From a virus (lineage: Duplodnaviria; Caudoviricetes): a stretch of DNA of 26,211 bases. A program made the position numbers and the translations under genes. How positions within the stretch are numbered: the stretch's first letter is position 1; the number at the start of each line of letters is the position of its first letter. Location of the stretch: positions 1-26,211 of IMG/VR virus record IMGVR_UViG_3300037243_000077, one strand, 5' to 3'. Under the pieces are notes generated by a model, which did not search any database, was not told where the DNA came from, and saw nothing but the letters and a program-made list of their open reading frames with translations. This document shows, piece by piece, positions 23,253-26,211 of the stretch.

Positions 23253-25133
23253 TTATTTTTCAACATTTATCCCCAGCCTCGGCAACGGCTCCGGTATGCC
23301 ATCCGCTCTTACTATTGACTTGATAAACCACTCTGGGAAATACCCCTTGGCCCGCCTATAGAACCAGTCCGAGAACGAGTCATCGAGAATTATAGTTTCG
23401 CATTGATCGATTTCCGAACGCATCCCCCGGCCAGCCATCTGAATAATATTCTGCGAGGTTATGAATATTCCGTAGTCTTTATCCCGAGCCTGTCGCGCCT
23501 TCACTAATTTGTCAGTAGTGGATTGGAATGGCAACTTAGCTATAATCTGATACTCACACTGCTCCATCGGGAAGTCATATCCAGTATCTACCGAGGGAGA
23601 GACTAGTATTAGCGGAGAGGTAGAATTCTTGAACTCATCAATCACCCTATCCCGATCCCTACTATTGTGTATGAGCATGTATCGGGAGTGAGCAGAGTTA
23701 TCGAATATAAACTTGGCTCTACCGTAGCTATGGGTATGAATAATTCCTTTGCGGTCGAGTCTAGCCCCGAGTATTGCGTCCAGCCTGCCCAACCACCATA
23801 GCATCTTGAGGTCGTTCTGCTCGTTGCGGTAGTTCATTTGAATTCCGGCAGGGACTACAATTACAGGCCGTCGCTTGGCGTCAAAGGTAGACGGGAACTC
23901 AATAAACTCCATATCGTCATCTCGAATCCCCAATAGCTGTAGAGTTTTCGGCCTTACAGTAGCACTCATTAACACTACCTTCTCCACCCCGCGCCACAAT
24001 GTAGACTCTGCGTATCGAGCCGGGGATAGGGGCGAAAACTGTACACTCTTGAGATTGATAATCGCAGTCCTGGATGATGTATAGCTATCGTCATTGTCAG
24101 TCTCCTTCTCCTGCATCACCCAATCATCATTAGCTCTGATATCGGACAGCCGTGACAGTTTCCGCTTCATATCGCGGAGAGATTTCAAGTCCCTCGACCA
24201 TCCCTTGCTAGTATCAGGAGAGTTACTATCATTCCCGTTACCATTACCATTACCCTTGCTCTTGTCGTTGCCCCCTACCTTTAATCTGCCCTCTAACTTT
24301 GCCAGTCTACTCTCTACGCTATCCTGATTATCCTCCGCCCACTCCCGCCAATCCTCGATAGTCAATCCGCTATCAGGCCACGATAGCCCTAGATGGAGAC
24401 ATTCTCGCCGACTAATATCAATGGATATGAACCGCCCAAGCTCTCCAGCCTCAATTGCATCACATTCATCGCACACTAACATGTCTACAGGTATGCGCGG
24501 ATCACTCCCGCCCACACCCGCCAATTTACCAATCTCATAGAGTGGCCGCGATATATGCAGACCGCTAGTTTCCTTCAATCCGTCGAACATCCAACACATA
24601 TAGTTCGTGACAATGATCGGGGCTTTCTGTGCCTCTCTATAGTCGTCAAAGTATTGACATCCGCCGCCGAATCTCAAACTACATTTATAACCCATTTGAC
24701 ACGGGGCATCAGAGACAGTAGTGGAAGGTGATAGTCCCAATCCAGGCGCTGCCACACAACCATAATTGGACATGCCGCGAATGTCATTAGCGATAATATG
24801 GAAGTCGGTCGCGATCTGAGATTGCAGCCCCAGTGTAGATGTCAACACTACTGTACGCTTACCCGACATCTGAGCCGCCGCCATAGAAACCAGAGACTTA
24901 CCTGCGCCCGTTGGTAAACATAATCCGAAGAAACGTTTAGGTGAATCAAGCACTCTCTCGATAACGTGGTATTGCCATTTGCGCCACTCCGTATACTGCT
25001 CAGGGAGTCCGAAGTCAGCAGGGGAAGGCACGGCAATATTCAGGTAAGGGTCAATACCGAGCGGTCGGGATATAGATTGTCGATTGAGATTAAGCATAGC
25101 GGACTGGACTTGAGCAGGACTCCCTTCCTGCAC
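23253..25133 (-). CDS. DinG/XPD (Rad3)-family SF2 helicase with Fe-S cluster motif
   Basis: Q-motif, PTGAGKS, LQ.Q, RG.SNY.C plus three more Cys, DECD, MSAT, G.DF, KLPF, Q.AGR..R...D. Start may be 25097. Confidence 0.92.
   Translation of the reverse strand: MQEGSPAQVQSAMLNLNRQSISRPLGIDPYLNIAVPSPADFGLPEQYTEWRKWQYHVIERVLDSPKRFFGLCLPTGAGKSLVSMAAAQMSGKRTVVLTSTLGLQSQIATDFHIIANDIRGMSNYGCVAAPGLGLSPSTTVSDAPCQMGYKCSLRFGGGCQYFDDYREAQKAPIIVTNYMCWMFDGLKETSGLHISRPLYEIGKLAGVGGSDPRIPVDMLVCDECDAIEAGELGRFISIDISRRECLHLGLSWPDSGLTIEDWREWAEDNQDSVESRLAKLEGRLKVGGNDKSKGNGNGNGNDSNSPDTSKGWSRDLKSLRDMKRKLSRLSDIRANDDWVMQEKETDNDDSYTSSRTAIINLKSVQFSPLSPARYAESTLWRGVEKVVLMSATVRPKTLQLLGIRDDDMEFIEFPSTFDAKRRPVIVVPAGIQMNYRNEQNDLKMLWWLGRLDAILGARLDRKGIIHTHSYGRAKFIFDNSAHSRYMLIHNSRDRDRVIDEFKNSTSPLILVSPSVDTGYDFPMEQCEYQIIAKLPFQSTTDKLVKARQARDKDYGIFITSQNIIQMAGRGMRSEIDQCETIILDDSFSDWFYRRAKGYFPEWFIKSIVRADGIPEPLPRLGINVEK
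24735..24769 (-). other. Near-cognate protospacer for the mini-array spacer
   Basis: 32/35 identity to 20971-21005; 5' flank on minus strand is TGT. Confidence 0.95.
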
Positions 25134-25259
25134 TTACAACTATCGGCAACGCGGGACAAATACACTCCCATTTCAGAGAGGAGGCAGAGAGATTGAGAAT
25201 GTACCCGCCCGCGACTACCGATAATATATGCTTTGCTCAGGCTGTTGGCAAGGGTAGAA

Positions 25260-25484
25260 TTATCCGCCCTCTGATATACTCGCTGACCGACTATTTCTCT
25301 CGGCCTGCAACTCATCCATCACCCTGCCCCTGGCCATTTCACACTCGGTACAGTATTGCTGCCCGGCTATCGCCAACTCCATACAATTAGGGTTAACGCA
25401 ATTAGTCCGAGCGCGATTGTGATAGTATTGCTCACGCAATGTCATGGTCATTTGATCTGGTATTCTCCCTCGATACTCACTCAT
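25260..25484 (-). CDS. Small Cys4 Zn-finger protein
   Basis: CVNPNC...YCTEC; ATGA-coupled. Confidence 0.65.
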   Translation of the reverse strand: MSEYRGRIPDQMTMTLREQYYHNRARTNCVNPNCMELAIAGQQYCTECEMARGRVMDELQAERNSRSASISEGG

Positions 25485-25738
25485 AATACCCCTGCCTTCC
25501 TGAGTAATGCCTCAGCTTCGGCTCTAGTCGGCCCACCGTGCGACACATGGACATGCATAGACAGCAACATCTCGGCCATCTCAGGTGCAGCAGCAATCAA
25601 GAGGGCATCAGCACTTGGCGGATCGTCGTACCAGTAGCGGCAAAGAACATCCGGCCCCTTCAAAGACGACTCTGTAATCATTGATTGATCACCTTCCACT
25701 GTCTCCCACAGCCACGGCCCCGGAGTGTACTTACTCAT
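25481..25738 (-). CDS. Hypothetical phage protein (TPGPW...LIAAAP family)
   Basis: MSKYTPGPW...ADALLIAAAPEM; GGAGG SD before ATG 25738. Confidence 0.8.
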   Translation of the reverse strand: MSKYTPGPWLWETVEGDQSMITESSLKGPDVLCRYWYDDPPSADALLIAAAPEMAEMLLSMHVHVSHGGPTRAEAEALLRKAGVL

Positions 25739-25988
25739 CGCTGACCTCCACTTTTCCCGCACGCTTAGTCTGGGCCTTAACTTTCTTCACTGCCGCCCGC
25801 CATTTCACCCAATATCTCTCTTGCCGCGCCTTATCACCACACTCGTTACTGTGGTATATCTGCGATTTCCGGCTAGGAGTAAATGTCTCGCCACACGGCT
25901 TGTAAGCACACTTGCGGACTGGGAATTTCTTACGCAATGCCACCGCGGTAGTGGTAGTGACGGTCTTGCCCGTTTTACTCTTTACCAT
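25731..25988 (-). CDS. Basic Zn-finger protein
   Basis: RKCAYKPCGETFTP...QIYHSNEC; GAAAGGG SD. Confidence 0.75.
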   Translation of the reverse strand: MVKSKTGKTVTTTTAVALRKKFPVRKCAYKPCGETFTPSRKSQIYHSNECGDKARQERYWVKWRAAVKKVKAQTKRAGKVEVSDE

Positions 25989-26010
25989 TTTTAATCCCTT
26001 TCTACTTTTA

Positions 26011-26211
26011 CCCCGACCCCGACCCCGACCACGACCGCGACCGCGACCGCGACCCCGACCCCGACCCCGACCGCGACCCCGACCCCGACCCCGACCGCGA
26101 CCACGACCACGACCCCGACCGCGACCACGACCCCGACCACGACCCCGACCACGACCCCGACCCCGACCCCGACCGCGACCCCGACCCCGACCCCGACCAC
26201 GACCCCGACCC
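26011..26211. repeat. Hexamer tandem repeat, about 33 units of CC(C/G/A)CGA, running off the window end; probably the 3' end of an SG/SR/SW-repeat gene (stop at 26008)
   Basis: Minus strand reads TCG-NGG with N = G, C or T; TAA directly follows the last unit in the Ser frame. Confidence 0.95.

Noticed and set aside
23253-25133. CasDinG of a type IV-A CRISPR system
   Set aside because: No csf, cas7, cas5 or cas6 genes in the window; the repeat is I-C-like and the context is replication
2437-25994. Numerous plus-strand ORFs in the six-frame track
   Set aside because: Antisense shadows of well-supported, coupled minus-strand genes; no recognisable motifs

Overview
This is a bacteriophage (or prophage) early/replication region. 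Almost all genes run on the minus strand and are tightly coupled, with many ATGA stop/start overlaps. It encodes a family A DNA polymerase, a UDG-like protein, an ERCC4/HhH nuclease, a Sak4-like AAA ATPase, a short SMC-like ATPase, a PD-(D/E)xK nuclease, a putative SSB, a DinG/XPD-like Fe-S helicase, eight HNH-type ORFs and many small Zn-finger or acidic proteins. An intact IS200/IS605 element (675-~2196) has tnpA and tnpB apparently overlapping head-to-head. The top finding is a cas-less type I-C CRISPR mini-array (20939-21016): an 11-nt handle, a 35-nt spacer and a full 32-nt repeat. Its spacer matches this genome's own helicase gene (24735-24769) at 32/35 nt, all three mismatches are synonymous, and there is no TTC PAM. 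This suggests the phage borrows host Cascade to attack close relatives or to regulate itself. Also notable: a UDG-polymerase gene apparently split in frame by an HNH gene, repeat-mediated shuffling of modular genes, leaderless regulator genes, and a terminal hexamer repeat open in all three minus-strand frames. All family assignments come from motif recognition by eye; no searches were run.
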